A DNA stretch of 64,000 nt. Origin: an uncultured Chloroflexia bacterium. Its GTDB lineage: Bacteria; Chloroflexota; Limnocylindria; Limnocylindrales; CSP1-4. A model generated the notes under the pieces. The model saw only the letters and a list, made by a program, of their open reading frames with translations, was not told the origin of the DNA and did no database searches. Location of the stretch: contig CAWFXA010000002.1 of NCBI GenBank assembly GCA_963819655.1, positions 704,001 to 768,000 of the forward strand. Reading direction: 5' to 3'. The translations under genes and the position numbers were made by a program. Positions 9,671 through 19,862 of this stretch are shown here, one piece after another; positions within the stretch are counted from its first letter, which is position 1; every line of letters begins with the position of its first letter.

Positions 9671-10660
9671 CTACGCGGGAACGGCTGCCTCGAGCTCCGA
9701 CTCGGCGTGGGCGGCGAGCCCGATCTGGACGGCGATCTTGCCGCGCACGTGGCGGGTAGCCTGGAGCGCGACCGCGTCCTGGATGTGGTCGAAGGAGAAC
9801 GCCTGGATCGCAGGAATGCGGAGGCTACCCTCCGCGATCCGGACCGCGATCTCCGGGAACCGATGGTCAGCGGCGTAGCGGACCGTCATCTTGCCCTCGA
9901 TGCCATGATCGGCGACACCCTGCATCTCTGGCGGTAGCACCGTTGAGGTCACGCGGCCACCGGGCTTCAGGACGGATGCCACCCCGGCGAGCAAGTCCGG
10001 GATACCGACGAGATCGATCACCGCGTCGGCCCCGTCGGGGAATCGGGTCCGGAGCTCTTCGACGGGATCCTCGACGGTGTAGTCCACGACCCCTGCCGCC
10101 CCCATCGACTGCGCATAAACCGTGAACTCGGGTCGGGTGAGCGCGATCACCTCGACACCGCGCTCAGCGGCAAACTGCGTGGCATAGCTGCCGACGCCAC
10201 CCGTCCCGCCGAGCAGCACGAGCCGATCACCCCGGCGGAGCGCGACGTCCTCGACCGCCGCCGCGGCTGTGAGCGCCGAGTGGCCGACGACGGCGGCCTC
10301 TTCCCAGGTGATCGTGCGCGGCTTGTGGGTGAGGCCGCTGGTCCCGAGGGTGACGAGGTCGGCCATCGTCCCTTCGCCCATGACCTGCTTGCGGATGAAG
10401 CCGTAGACCTCATCGCCCTCGCGATAGGCCTCGACTCCGGCCCCGACCCGCTCGACGACCCCGGATGCATCGATTCCGATCACCAGCGGGAACCGGTGCT
10501 CGACGTAGTCCTTCATGAAGCCGGCCATGACGAAGATGTCGGTGGCGTTCATGCCCGCCACGTTGACCCGGACGAGCACCTCTCCGTCACCGGGCACCGG
10601 GGCGGGGATCTCGCGGATGCTTCCTTCCTCGCCGAATGCATCGATCGCGAACGCACGCAT
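9671..10660 (-). CDS. NADP-dependent oxidoreductase (MDR/quinone reductase family)
   Basis: GIDASGVVERVG, GGTGGVGS Rossmann motif, C-terminal RGKIAV; start at MRAFAID with GGAGG RBS. Confidence 0.9.
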   Translation of the reverse strand: MRAFAIDAFGEEGSIREIPAPVPGDGEVLVRVNVAGMNATDIFVMAGFMKDYVEHRFPLVIGIDASGVVERVGAGVEAYREGDEVYGFIRKQVMGEGTMADLVTLGTSGLTHKPRTITWEEAAVVGHSALTAAAAVEDVALRRGDRLVLLGGTGGVGSYATQFAAERGVEVIALTRPEFTVYAQSMGAAGVVDYTVEDPVEELRTRFPDGADAVIDLVGIPDLLAGVASVLKPGGRVTSTVLPPEMQGVADHGIEGKMTVRYAADHRFPEIAVRIAEGSLRIPAIQAFSFDHIQDAVALQATRHVRGKIAVQIGLAAHAESELEAAVPA

Positions 10661-11045
10661 ACGTGCCTCCATCCGCCACGTCGTTCTCAAGGGGCGCTGG
10701 CAGTCCACCGGCGGCGTTCGCGCACGGCCCCTCCGGGCGAGGCGATGCAGCATTGTCGCAGTCGCCCGTCTGGCCGGTGTCAATCGCACCACTCGCGCCC
10801 CGGCACCCATCAGGTGGAGACCTGCTGGTGCGGAAGACGGCGGGTCGGGCAGTTGGACATGAGGATCTAGGATCGATATCTGGCGCCTCGTCGGTAGGGG
10901 TGGGTGCTTGTCGCGGTCGCCCAAGGCCCAGATCGCCGAGCTCTGATCGAAAGGCAGGTCCTGAACCTGACGGCATGAACAAAACCGGCCGCCTCGACCC
11001 GGGCGGGTCTCGAACCTTGCGATCGACTGGGTGTATTCAGGGCTG

Positions 11046-12266
11046 ATGCACGTTCGTTCGGTCGACGGCGAGGAGCGGGTCACGCCGCTCGAGCTGTTCT
11101 TCGACCTCGTCTTCGTCTTCGCCTTCACCCAGGTCACCGGCTTCCTCGCCGCCAACGAGACCGGGGAAGGACTGCTGCGCGGGGCGCTACTGCTTGCCGC
11201 GCTGTGGTGGGCGTGGGGGACGTACGCCTGGCTGACGAACACCGTCGATCCCGAGGAGGGTGCCGTTCGATTGGCGGTCTTCGCCGCAGCGGCCGCCATG
11301 TTGATCGTGGCACTCGCGACGCCGGCGGCGTTCGGTTCGGAGGCCATCGTCTTCGGGATCGCGTACTTCCTCGTCCGAACGCTGCACCTCGTCTTGTTCG
11401 CGATCGCCGGCCGCGACGATCCGGAGCTCCGCCGCGCGGTCCTCCGATGGGCGCCCGGCGCCGTCCTCGGGCCGTCACTGCTGGTAGTCGCAAGCGTCTT
11501 CGATGGGTCGGTAGAGATCGCTCTGTGGGCCGCCGCGCTGACCGTCGACTACCTCAGTCCGCTGGTGGGGCGCGGACGAGGATGGCACCTCTCGCCAGCG
11601 CACTTCGTCGAGCGCCACGGGCTGATCATCATCATCGCTCTGGGAGAATCGATCGTCGCCATCGGCGTCGGTGCGGCGGGGCTGCCTCTCGATGTCCCCA
11701 GGATCGCGGCCGCGCTACTCGGCATGGTCGTCGCCGCGTCGCTCTGGTGGTCCTACTTCGACTGGGTCATCTACGTGTCGCAGGCCAAGCTCACCGACGC
11801 CATAGGTGCGGCGCGGGCGACGCTCGCGCGCGACCTATACACGTACCTCCACATGCCCATGGTCTTCGGCATCGTCCTGTTCGCCCTCGGCCTCAAGGAA
11901 ACGCTCAGCCATGTCGACGAGCCGCTCGGGATCATCCCGGCGATCGGCCTGTGCGGAGGCTTGGCGCTGTACATGGCCGCGCATGTTTCCATGCGACTCC
12001 GGATAAGCGGCACGTTGGGCCGTGGTCGGCCGACCGCAACCGTCGTGCTCGTCGTTCTGATCCCCGTGGCGACGCTGGTGCCGGCGCTCGCGGCGCTGGC
12101 GTTGGCGGCAGTCGTCTGCGCGACGCTGATCGCTTACGAGGCGATCCACTATCGCTACGCGCGCTCCTGGATCAGGAGCCACCGCGGCGAGTTCACCATC
12201 GAGGAGGTCTCGCGCATCGCTTCAGTCACTGGGGGCGCGCCCGCCGACCCATCGGGTGACCAGTAG
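11046..12266 (+). CDS. Low temperature requirement protein A (LtrA) family membrane protein
   Basis: VTPLELFFDLVFVFAFTQ and HFVERHGLIIIIALGES motifs. Confidence 0.9.
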   Translation: MHVRSVDGEERVTPLELFFDLVFVFAFTQVTGFLAANETGEGLLRGALLLAALWWAWGTYAWLTNTVDPEEGAVRLAVFAAAAAMLIVALATPAAFGSEAIVFGIAYFLVRTLHLVLFAIAGRDDPELRRAVLRWAPGAVLGPSLLVVASVFDGSVEIALWAAALTVDYLSPLVGRGRGWHLSPAHFVERHGLIIIIALGESIVAIGVGAAGLPLDVPRIAAALLGMVVAASLWWSYFDWVIYVSQAKLTDAIGAARATLARDLYTYLHMPMVFGIVLFALGLKETLSHVDEPLGIIPAIGLCGGLALYMAAHVSMRLRISGTLGRGRPTATVVLVVLIPVATLVPALAALALAAVVCATLIAYEAIHYRYARSWIRSHRGEFTIEEVSRIASVTGGAPADPSGDQ

Positions 12267-12473
12267 TAGTAGCCGAGGATCGCGATGCGCGCCCGGCGGG
12301 ATCGTCGTCCGACCCTGGCGAGTCGCATCATGCCGAACCGCGCCCCGGCCACGGGCCGCGAGAGGCCGAAGCGGCCTCCCCGCGACCGGGTAGACGGCCC
12401 GGTGCAGCATCCACAGGACCCGGACCAAGACGCGCTGCAGCGTTCGGAGCGTCTGCTCTCCTGCGGCCGTCAT
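12267..12473 (-). pseudogene. Truncated, frameshifted deazaflavin-dependent nitroreductase-family remnant
   Basis: LWMLHRAVY in one frame continues as RFGMMRLARVGRRSRRARIAILGYY in another, then abuts the ltrA 3' end. Confidence 0.55.
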
Positions 12474-13237
12474 GCCGCACCCGCCTTTGCCGTGGCCACC
12501 GGCCGTTGGATGGTTGCCCCGGCAGGACGGTTCCCAGCCCCGATGTCTGCGTTCGCGGCAATCGCGATCGGAGACGACGGGTTGAAACCCTTGAACGTCA
12601 TCCAGAGGCCGAGTGACAGCTCCCAGAAAAAGATCGGGACGATCGCGATCGCGGCCCACGCGGGCGCTGCCGTGGTGATGCCGAACATCGTTGCGATCGT
12701 GTAGGAGAGAAGTAGTGGGGCACCGATGAGGCCCAGCACCGGAATGGCCCTCGGGACGAGCCGCGATCGATACATCAGGGTGCCGAGCAGCAGGGCGTTC
12801 AACGCCGGCGCGAGGCCCGGTCCAAGGAGCTGGGTCCAGTCACGGACCGCGACCAACGATCGGCCCGCAGTGACCAGCGAGGCCCATTCGGCGCCGGTCG
12901 CGCCGTCCTGCCGCAGGGTGACGACCGCCAGCAGGCTGACGACGCCGATCATGATCACGGCTCCTTCGTAGATTCGCGTGGTGATGAAGCCGAGCGCAAA
13001 CCCTTCGTGCTGCCGCTTGACGACCGAGTACAGCGCGACCGCAGTGCCGATGCAGGCGAGCGCGTTGACGATGTCGAGGAGGGCTCCCCAGGTCACCTGG
13101 GTGTCCGAGCCTACGCCCACGATGTAGGTCGGGTCGCTCAGCACGGGTTCGAGCAGGAAGGACGAAGGGATCCCGGCGATGAAGGTAATCAGATAGAGGA
13201 CGCCCGCGACGAGCGCCGTCCTGCGTAGTGAAGTCAT
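12470..13237 (-). CDS. DUF4386-family membrane protein
   Basis: RRTALVAGVLYLITF, YRSRLVPR, FWELSLGLWMTFKGF motifs. Confidence 0.85.
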   Translation of the reverse strand: MTSLRRTALVAGVLYLITFIAGIPSSFLLEPVLSDPTYIVGVGSDTQVTWGALLDIVNALACIGTAVALYSVVKRQHEGFALGFITTRIYEGAVIMIGVVSLLAVVTLRQDGATGAEWASLVTAGRSLVAVRDWTQLLGPGLAPALNALLLGTLMYRSRLVPRAIPVLGLIGAPLLLSYTIATMFGITTAAPAWAAIAIVPIFFWELSLGLWMTFKGFNPSSPIAIAANADIGAGNRPAGATIQRPVATAKAGAA

Positions 13238-13276
13238 GAGAATGTCCTCGCAATCAGGGTGAGCAGCAAGATCGAG

Positions 13277-13963
13277 CTACACGGCTGCCGCGTGGTCGGG
13301 CTTGGGCGTCGCTCCACCGAGCACAGGTCGCTCGGCTGGCTCGCGCCGTTCCGACCAGAGGGCGTACCCCATCCAGGCGAGGCCCAGGCCGATCGGCACC
13401 GCTGCCAACCGCGGGGTTCCGACCAGGACAACCACAGGCCCGGACAGCAACAGCCCGAAGGCAAACAGGCCCGAGGCCACGCGGGGCAGGATGCCGGCGC
13501 GAAGCGTCGTGATCCCGAATAGCAGCGTGCCGGCCAGGAAGAGCGCACTCGACACGGACCACAGCGTTGGAAGCGCGCCAAGGTCGACCGTACTTGGATG
13601 CCCTTCGACGAGCCCCAGCAGCCCTTCGACGAAGCTCGGATGGCCGTTGGCCAGGACCGGTTCGACGGCGGCTTCGACGAACTGGAAGGCGGCCGTCAGC
13701 AGGAGCCCGAGGCTCAACACGACAAAGCCGGCCAGTCCCAGCCAACCGACCTGTTCCACCTGGCTGGCGTAGATGCCCGCAATGCCGATCACGAAGAGGA
13801 TCGCCATCGCGATGGACACGTAATGGACGATCGCCCAAGCGCCGGTCGTCACCGACGCGAGCGTGTCCGGTGGGTGGATCGCTTGGATGACCACGAAGAG
13901 CAGCCCTGCCACCACGGCGGACAGACCTGTCCCATGGATGAGTTTCGAGGCGGTTACTTTCAT
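13277..13963 (-). CDS. Membrane protein
   Basis: Starts MKVTASKL after AAGGAG RBS; about 6 TM segments. Confidence 0.75.
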   Translation of the reverse strand: MKVTASKLIHGTGLSAVVAGLLFVVIQAIHPPDTLASVTTGAWAIVHYVSIAMAILFVIGIAGIYASQVEQVGWLGLAGFVVLSLGLLLTAAFQFVEAAVEPVLANGHPSFVEGLLGLVEGHPSTVDLGALPTLWSVSSALFLAGTLLFGITTLRAGILPRVASGLFAFGLLLSGPVVVLVGTPRLAAVPIGLGLAWMGYALWSERREPAERPVLGGATPKPDHAAAV

Positions 13964-13992
13964 GTCAGTCTCCTTGTTGAGTTGGTCATCGC

Positions 13993-14268
13993 CTATCGAG
14001 GCTTGGTGGTGAGGTCTCGGGGCCGGTTGACGTCGATGCGGATGACCGAGACCAGCGGCACGCCGACGTCGCGCACCTTCTGGAGCAGGCCATGCAGCGC
14101 AGCCTGGTCGGCCACCGCGCCTTGGATGACGGTGCTGCCGTCGGTCTCGTGCCTGAAGGTCAAGCCGTCGAACCAGGCCGCCCATCGGCCATCGAGGTGG
14201 CCTTTGACACGGATTTCGTAACGTCCGGCTTGGCCGCGATCGTTGGTCGATTCGCGTCCTTCGCTCAT
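13993..14268 (-). CDS. Small conserved protein commonly adjacent to MalT-like regulators
   Basis: YEIRVKGHLDGRWAAWFDGL..DQAALHGLLQKVRD motif; AAGGAG RBS. Confidence 0.85.
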   Translation of the reverse strand: MSEGRESTNDRGQAGRYEIRVKGHLDGRWAAWFDGLTFRHETDGSTVIQGAVADQAALHGLLQKVRDVGVPLVSVIRIDVNRPRDLTTKPR

Positions 14269-14351
14269 CGCACTCCTTTCGTAGTTCCCGTCGGATCGCT
14301 GCTGCAGATCCCGACGTGCGTTGGTGTGTGATCCCAACGTGGAGGCGGACA

Positions 14352-14392
14352 TGGGGAGTGCGCATCCCCATCAGTGGGGACTGATGTGGGGA
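14352..14392. promoter_or_regulatory. Candidate operator for the MalT-like LuxR regulator
   Basis: TCCCCA-TCAG-TGGGGA palindrome 14365-14380 plus further TGGGGA copies at 14352 and 14387, upstream of the 14268 operon. Confidence 0.45.
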
Positions 14393-14634
14393 TTTTCTGC
14401 TTGGAGCGAGGAGGCGCCCGACGCACCGATCACCGCGCACGACCAGCCGTGCCGCGACTTCGCCAGCCGGCCCGTGGCCGTGCCCAGGCGTAGCGGGGCG
14501 TTGCGTCTGTCTAACGACGCGACGTGACTAGGTCGGCCCGTATATCGTCGCCTGTGGTCTCCAGGGCCAGTCGAAGGATGGCAAGAACGTTCGACTTGGG
14601 CCGGACCGCGCTTTGGCCGGGCCGCCGAAGCGCC

Positions 14635-17385
14635 TCAGGCGCGGTCGGCCTCGATGCGCCGCGGATGATTGTTGTCGGTACGCGCCAGCAGGTCCAGCTC
14701 CTCGGCGCGACGGACGGCGGCCCGGCGGCTGTTGACGCCGAGCTTGGAGTAGATGCTCTTGGTGTGTGTCCGCACCGTGCTCAGTGCGACCACCAGCTCG
14801 CGGGCAATGTCCGGGCCGTCGAGATCGGTTCCGAGCAGGCGAAGGACATCGAGCTCCCGATCGCTCAGGGGTTCGATCAGCCGCTGGCGGGCGATGGGTC
14901 GTCCATGCGCCGGGATCGCTTCGGCAAGCAGCCGCCGAAGGTAATCCGGAGCGGTCCTTCGCTTTGCAGCCAGCTTCAGGAGGGCGGCCATGGGCTGGCC
15001 TTCGTCGAGCAAGACGCGGACGTGACCGTCGGGCTCGGCCAATGCCACCGCGCGGTCGAGCCGCGCGATCGCGCCCGCCACGTCGCCGCCTGCGTGGCGG
15101 GCGAGCGCCTGGACAACGAGGACGTCGATGAGGCTGCCGTTGCGCCCGAGGTCGTCCGCCGCAGCAAGCAGGCGTTCGGTGAGCTGGATCGCTTCACGGA
15201 TGGTCTCCTGGGAGGCGTCATGGTTCCCCTGGGCCAGCAGCAGCCTGGCCAGCGTGGCGTGCTCGAACTCGTGCACATAGGCGAGGGTGCCGGCCGTCGA
15301 GATGTCGTGCGCGCGCGCCCATGCCCACGCGCGCGAGAGCTCGCCCTTGGCGATCCACACTCGGGCCTTCAGGGCCGTGATCGGCCGCACGTTGGGAGAG
15401 AACTCGGCGACGTACACGCTCTCGGCCTCATCGAGGAGCCGCAGCGCGCCTGCCGGATCCCCCTCGGCCTGATGGATCCGGGCCATGACGACGCGCGCGC
15501 GATACGGGGACTGCGGGAAGCCGTTCTGGTCGCCCAGACGCCTGGCTGCCTCGAGATGGCGTGTGGCCCCCGCCAGATCGTTCCGCTCGCGCAGGATCTC
15601 GCTGATCCCGACGTGCATGTCGGTGGCTCCCCGCAGGACGGTCCCTCCCGATCCCGTCGCAAGCGTCAGCCCGCGCTCGAGCGTCGCCAACGCCTCCGTG
15701 AGACGCCCTTGCGCGATCTGGATGTCGGCCTGGGTGACCGCGCCGCCGACGACATCGGACAGGTGCCCGGCCCGCCCCAGGCTCGCCATTCCGTCGGCGA
15801 ACCAGCGGTAGGCGGCGTCAAGGTCGCCAGTCGTCCAGTACGCGAGGCCGAGGAACGCCGCCGCTCCACCGCGTCCCAGGTGATCGCCCTCGTCGACGAG
15901 CTCGAGCGCCCGGCGGGCATGGTCCATCGTCGCGGGCACGTCGCCGCTGACCCGGGCCTGCGCCGTCCTGTACAGCGCGATCGCCCCCGGTAGACGATCG
16001 AACTCCGCGGCGTCCGCCACGACCATGCCCGCCGACGAGCGGTCGCTTGCCGGCGTCTCAAGCCACTGCTCCGCGGACTGCAGGAGCTCCTCGACTCGCC
16101 CGAATTCCCCCGTCGACATCAGGGCCCCAACGTAACCGACGCTCAGCACAGGTCGCGCCCTGACCAGGTCGCCAGGAATTGCGTCGAGCCAGCTGCGCAG
16201 CGTCATCTCCCGTCGAGCCTTGCGGATCTCCGGGATCGCGAGCTCGATCAGCTCCGCAGCGCGAGCGAAGTCGCGAGCGGCCATCGCGTGGCTGATCGCC
16301 TCTGAGCGCTCCCCGTTTCGTTCGAACCAATCACTTGCCCGCCGATGCAGCTCCGGGACCTCGTCAGATTGCTCGTCGAGCAGCCGTGCCCGAAGAACGT
16401 CGGCGAACAGTTGGTGATAGCGGTACCAGCGCCGCCGGTCGTCGAGCGCGACGAGGAAGAGGTTCGCCCGCTCGAGCACCTCGACCATTGCCCTGCCGTC
16501 GTTCCGCCCGGTGACGGCATCGCATAGCGGTCCGCTCATGCGGTCGAGCACCGCGGTCTTCATCAGGAAGTTGCGGATGTCCTCAGATTGACGGGCGAGG
16601 ACCTCATCGACGAGGTAATCGACGACGTAGCGGTCCTCGCCCGCGAACGATGCGATGAACGACGTCATGTCGCTGCGGCCCCGCATCGAGAGCGCAGCGA
16701 GCTGGAGCGCCGCGATCCAGCCCTCGGTCCGCGCCTCGAGGGCGGCGATGTCCGCCCCAGCCAACTCGAGGCCCATCGTCCCATTTAGGTATGCCGCGGC
16801 CTCGTCTGGTGTGAACCGAAGGTCCGCGGCGCGGATCTCGACGAGTTCCCCGCTCGCCCGCATGCGGGACAAAGGCAGCGGCGGATCGGCGCGGGTAGTG
16901 ATGACCATGTGCATCAATGGAGGCAGCTGGTCGAGGATGAAGGCAACGCCGTCGTGCACCTCGGGCCGATCGATGGCGTGGTAGTCGTCGAGGACGAGCA
17001 CGACGTCACTCGGCAGGTCGGCGAGGTCGTTGAGCAGTGCCCGCAAAGGAAACTCGGTCCGCGGTTGCGGCGACTCGAGAAGCGAGAGCGCGCTGGCGAC
17101 CACGTTGGGGACGGCGGTCTCCAACGCGGCGATGACGTAAGTCCAGAACGTCGAGGGCTCGTTGTCCTGCGCGTCGAGAGTCAGCCAGGCAGCCGTCATT
17201 CCAGAGGGCCGAGCCGCGATCCACTCACTTACCAGGGTCGACTTGCCGAAACCGGGTGGAGCCGAGACGAGCGTCAGCTTCGACTCGACGCCGTGCGATA
17301 TGCGATCCACGAGCCGTTGACGGACGACGGCGCCAGGGCGCGGTCGCGGCGCGTGCAGCTTCGTCTGGAGGAGTCGCGGATCCAC
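14635..17385 (-). CDS. MalT-like LuxR-family ATP-dependent transcriptional regulator
   Basis: LLQTKLHAP start, SAPPGFGKST Walker A, LVLDDYH Walker B, C-terminal LuxR HTH (LSDRELDVL..STVRTHTKSIYSKLGV). Confidence 0.93.
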   Translation of the reverse strand: MDPRLLQTKLHAPRPRPGAVVRQRLVDRISHGVESKLTLVSAPPGFGKSTLVSEWIAARPSGMTAAWLTLDAQDNEPSTFWTYVIAALETAVPNVVASALSLLESPQPRTEFPLRALLNDLADLPSDVVLVLDDYHAIDRPEVHDGVAFILDQLPPLMHMVITTRADPPLPLSRMRASGELVEIRAADLRFTPDEAAAYLNGTMGLELAGADIAALEARTEGWIAALQLAALSMRGRSDMTSFIASFAGEDRYVVDYLVDEVLARQSEDIRNFLMKTAVLDRMSGPLCDAVTGRNDGRAMVEVLERANLFLVALDDRRRWYRYHQLFADVLRARLLDEQSDEVPELHRRASDWFERNGERSEAISHAMAARDFARAAELIELAIPEIRKARREMTLRSWLDAIPGDLVRARPVLSVGYVGALMSTGEFGRVEELLQSAEQWLETPASDRSSAGMVVADAAEFDRLPGAIALYRTAQARVSGDVPATMDHARRALELVDEGDHLGRGGAAAFLGLAYWTTGDLDAAYRWFADGMASLGRAGHLSDVVGGAVTQADIQIAQGRLTEALATLERGLTLATGSGGTVLRGATDMHVGISEILRERNDLAGATRHLEAARRLGDQNGFPQSPYRARVVMARIHQAEGDPAGALRLLDEAESVYVAEFSPNVRPITALKARVWIAKGELSRAWAWARAHDISTAGTLAYVHEFEHATLARLLLAQGNHDASQETIREAIQLTERLLAAADDLGRNGSLIDVLVVQALARHAGGDVAGAIARLDRAVALAEPDGHVRVLLDEGQPMAALLKLAAKRRTAPDYLRRLLAEAIPAHGRPIARQRLIEPLSDRELDVLRLLGTDLDGPDIARELVVALSTVRTHTKSIYSKLGVNSRRAAVRRAEELDLLARTDNNHPRRIEADRA

Positions 17386-17868
17386 GTGAGTCGGATTGTG
17401 AGCCGTGCAACCAGATCGCTCCCGGCTCCGATATGGGAACGCTACTTGTGTTCCACCTGTTCCAGCCAGCGGAGGCGCTCATCGACCACGCGGGACGGGT
17501 ATCGCTCCGATGCTCGTAGGCGTCGCAATCGCCTCGTGGAGACGTCCCTTCTGTCCTGGACGGCTACACCTACGAGTGCCCTCACGGCGACGTGTCTTGG
17601 CGAGCAACAAGGGCGCCTGAGGCGTACCCAGGCGATCGAGTGGTCACCTTCGGCGTCCGACTCTCGAGCACCTGCTGTATCGAAAACAGCACGGCTTGAA
17701 AGCTTGGAGCAGCTTCGCCTAGGTCTTGAGACCTATCCAGAGCGGTGTGTGCGGCCCGCTGGAAAACGCTCAGTTAGCAGGTCTTCGAGCGTTGTGGCAA
17801 CCCCGCTCGGGCCTCTAATCGCCTCCGGGAGACAGTTTGCTGTTCTTCCTGAGCACGAAAAGAGGGGA

Positions 17869-17914
17869 GTGGAGCCGACACTCGGATTTGAACCGAGGAC
17901 CTGCTGTTTACGAA
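17869..17914 (-). repeat. att site (duplicated 3' half of tRNA-Thr)
   Basis: GTGGAGCCGACACTCGGATTTGAACCGAGGACCTGCTGTTTACGAA identical to 34678-34723; identity stops at the anticodon loop. Confidence 0.95.
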
Positions 17915-18020
17915 TTCGGAGGGCCGGTGTCCGCTGATGACCTCTACCGGCCACCCACTCGGGAAACGCATGAGGCCATTCTGCTACTTGCTATACACGG
18001 CTACCCGAGTTCGCGGGCGT

Positions 18021-18042
18021 AGGGGTCAGCACAGGGGTCAGC
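18021..18042 (+). repeat. Candidate integrase arm-type sites (left)
   Basis: AGGGGTCAGC at 18021 and 18033 (12-bp period); the same pair recurs at 34601/34613. Confidence 0.7.
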
Positions 18043-18165
18043 AAAGCCCGGTTGACCTTGTCACGCCTTCTTAGCCTCGCGTAACGCGGTTCCTCGGCCT
18101 TGAGAAAGGCGACACTCGGCTTCGTGACGCCGAGTGCCGCCACTAAATCTCTGGCTGCGGCTCCC

Positions 18166-19402
18166 ATGGTCGCTTGGCGAAACCGGATCGTCGGCCACGC
18201 CGATGTGCCGCCGGCCGACCTGGTGCCCAACCCGCGCAACTGGCGAAGCCATCCGCCCGAGCAGCAGCGTGCGCTGGCCGGAGCCCTGGCCGAGGTCGGC
18301 TGGGTGGCCGAGGTGCTGGTCAACCGGACGACCGGCAACGTGGTAGACGGTCACCTGCGCATCGAGCTCGCCCTGGCCCGTGACGAGCCGACCGTGCCGG
18401 TCACGTACGTCGAGCTGACCGAGGACGAGGAGCGGCTGGTGCTCGCCAGCCTCGATCCGCTGGCGGCGATGGCGACCGCCGAGCAGGAGCAGCTCGCCGC
18501 GCTGCTGGCCGGGCTCGAGCCCGCCGACGCCGCGCTCGGGGCGCTACTCGAGGATCTCGCCAGCGAGTACGAGATAGAGTCAGATCCGGTCGGGACTCGT
18601 CGACCCGGACGATGCGCCACCGGTGCCGGATGAGCCGTACGTCGAGGCCGGGGATCTCTATGCCCTCGGCGAGCACCGCCTGTTGTGCGGCGACGCCACG
18701 AGTGCAGTCGATGTGAGCAGGCTCCTCGGCGACGACGAGCACGTTGACCTGATGTGGACCGATCCACCGTATGGCGTGGCCTACCAGACCAAGCTATCGG
18801 TCGAGGAGGCCGTCGCCCGTCACCGGCGGACGGACGGGCTGGAGGTCCCCAACGACCAGCCCGACGACATCCCGGCACTGCTTACGTCCGCCTTCGGCCT
18901 CGCCCCGCTGCGGCCGGGCGGCTCGTTCTATGTCGCCTCGCCTTCGAGCGGCGACGCGCTGCCCGCCTTCTACGCGGCTTTGGCTGCCGCTGACATGCCC
19001 GTCCGGGAACAGCTGATCTGGGTCAAGGATGTGTTCGTGATGGGCCGACACGACTACCACTACCGACACGAGCCGATCCTCTACGGCTGGAAGGAAGGCG
19101 CCGCCCATGCGTTCGCCGGTGGGCGTGACCAGGACACGGTGTGGGAGATCCCGCGACCACGGCGCTCCGAGGAGCACCCGGTGATGAAGCCCGTTGAACT
19201 CGTCGCTCGCGCCCTCGCCAATAGCAGCCGCACGGGCGACCTCGTGTACGAGCCGTTCGCCGGTTCGGGCAGCACGATCATCGCGGCGGAGCAGACCGGG
19301 CGGCGCTGCGTAGCGCTCGAGATCGATCCGCGCTACGCCCAGGTCGCCGTAGAGCGCTGGCAGGCGTTCACTGGGGACACGGCGGTCAAAGTCGATGGCT
19401 AG
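18166..19402 (+). pseudogene. ParB-like domain + N4/N6 DNA methyltransferase fusion, split by a frameshift near 18580
   Basis: ParB-like PNPRNWRSHP..VVDGHLR in 18166-18633; MTase HRLLCGD, TDPPY, HPVMKP, EPFAGSGST in 18623-19402; linker GLVDPDDAPPVP reads in the second frame upstream of its GTG. Confidence 0.75.
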
Positions 19403-19459
19403 ACACGATCCTTCCATCGTGTCGCCCTACCATCGCCCACGCCGTACCGGAGCTAGCGC

Positions 19460-19861
19460 TTGGTAGGCCCGGCGTGCACGGCGCTGCGCAACGATGGCCG
19501 ACCATGTCGGGCGACGCCGATGCACGACGAACCGTTCTGCTTCTGGCACGCGCCGGAGACCGCCGAGGAGGCGGCCGAGGCGCGCCGGCTGGGCGGGCTG
19601 CACCGGCGCAAGAAGAAGTCGGTCGCCACGGTGTACGGCTTCGGCGGGCTGCGCACGATCGCCGACAACCAAGCCCTGCTCGAGACGGCGGCTATCGAGA
19701 CGCTGGCCATCGAGAACTCGATCTCGCGCAACCGGGCGCTGGCCTCGATGGCCGCCACCGGCGGCAAGCTCATCGAACTCGGCGACCTCGCCGAGCGCGT
19801 TGCCGCGCTGGAGGCGGCTGCCGCCCGCCCGATCCCGGCCGACGACCCGTTCATCGACTGA
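19460..19861 (+). CDS. Small Cys/His (Zn-binding) protein, phage/satellite-like
   Basis: CTALRNDGRPCRATP..FCFWH..ARRLGG pattern, C-terminal coiled segment LAERVAALE. Confidence 0.65.
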   Translation: MVGPACTALRNDGRPCRATPMHDEPFCFWHAPETAEEAAEARRLGGLHRRKKKSVATVYGFGGLRTIADNQALLETAAIETLAIENSISRNRALASMAATGGKLIELGDLAERVAALEAAAARPIPADDPFID

Positions 19862-19862
19862 G

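Noticed and set aside
9671-11347. 558-aa version of the oxidoreductase ORF
   Set aside because: The N-terminal extension overlaps ltrA antisense; the family start with an RBS is at 10660
17869-17914. Second tRNA-Thr gene
   Set aside because: Only the anticodon loop to CCA is present; the D-arm and 5' acceptor strand are missing, so it is an att duplicate
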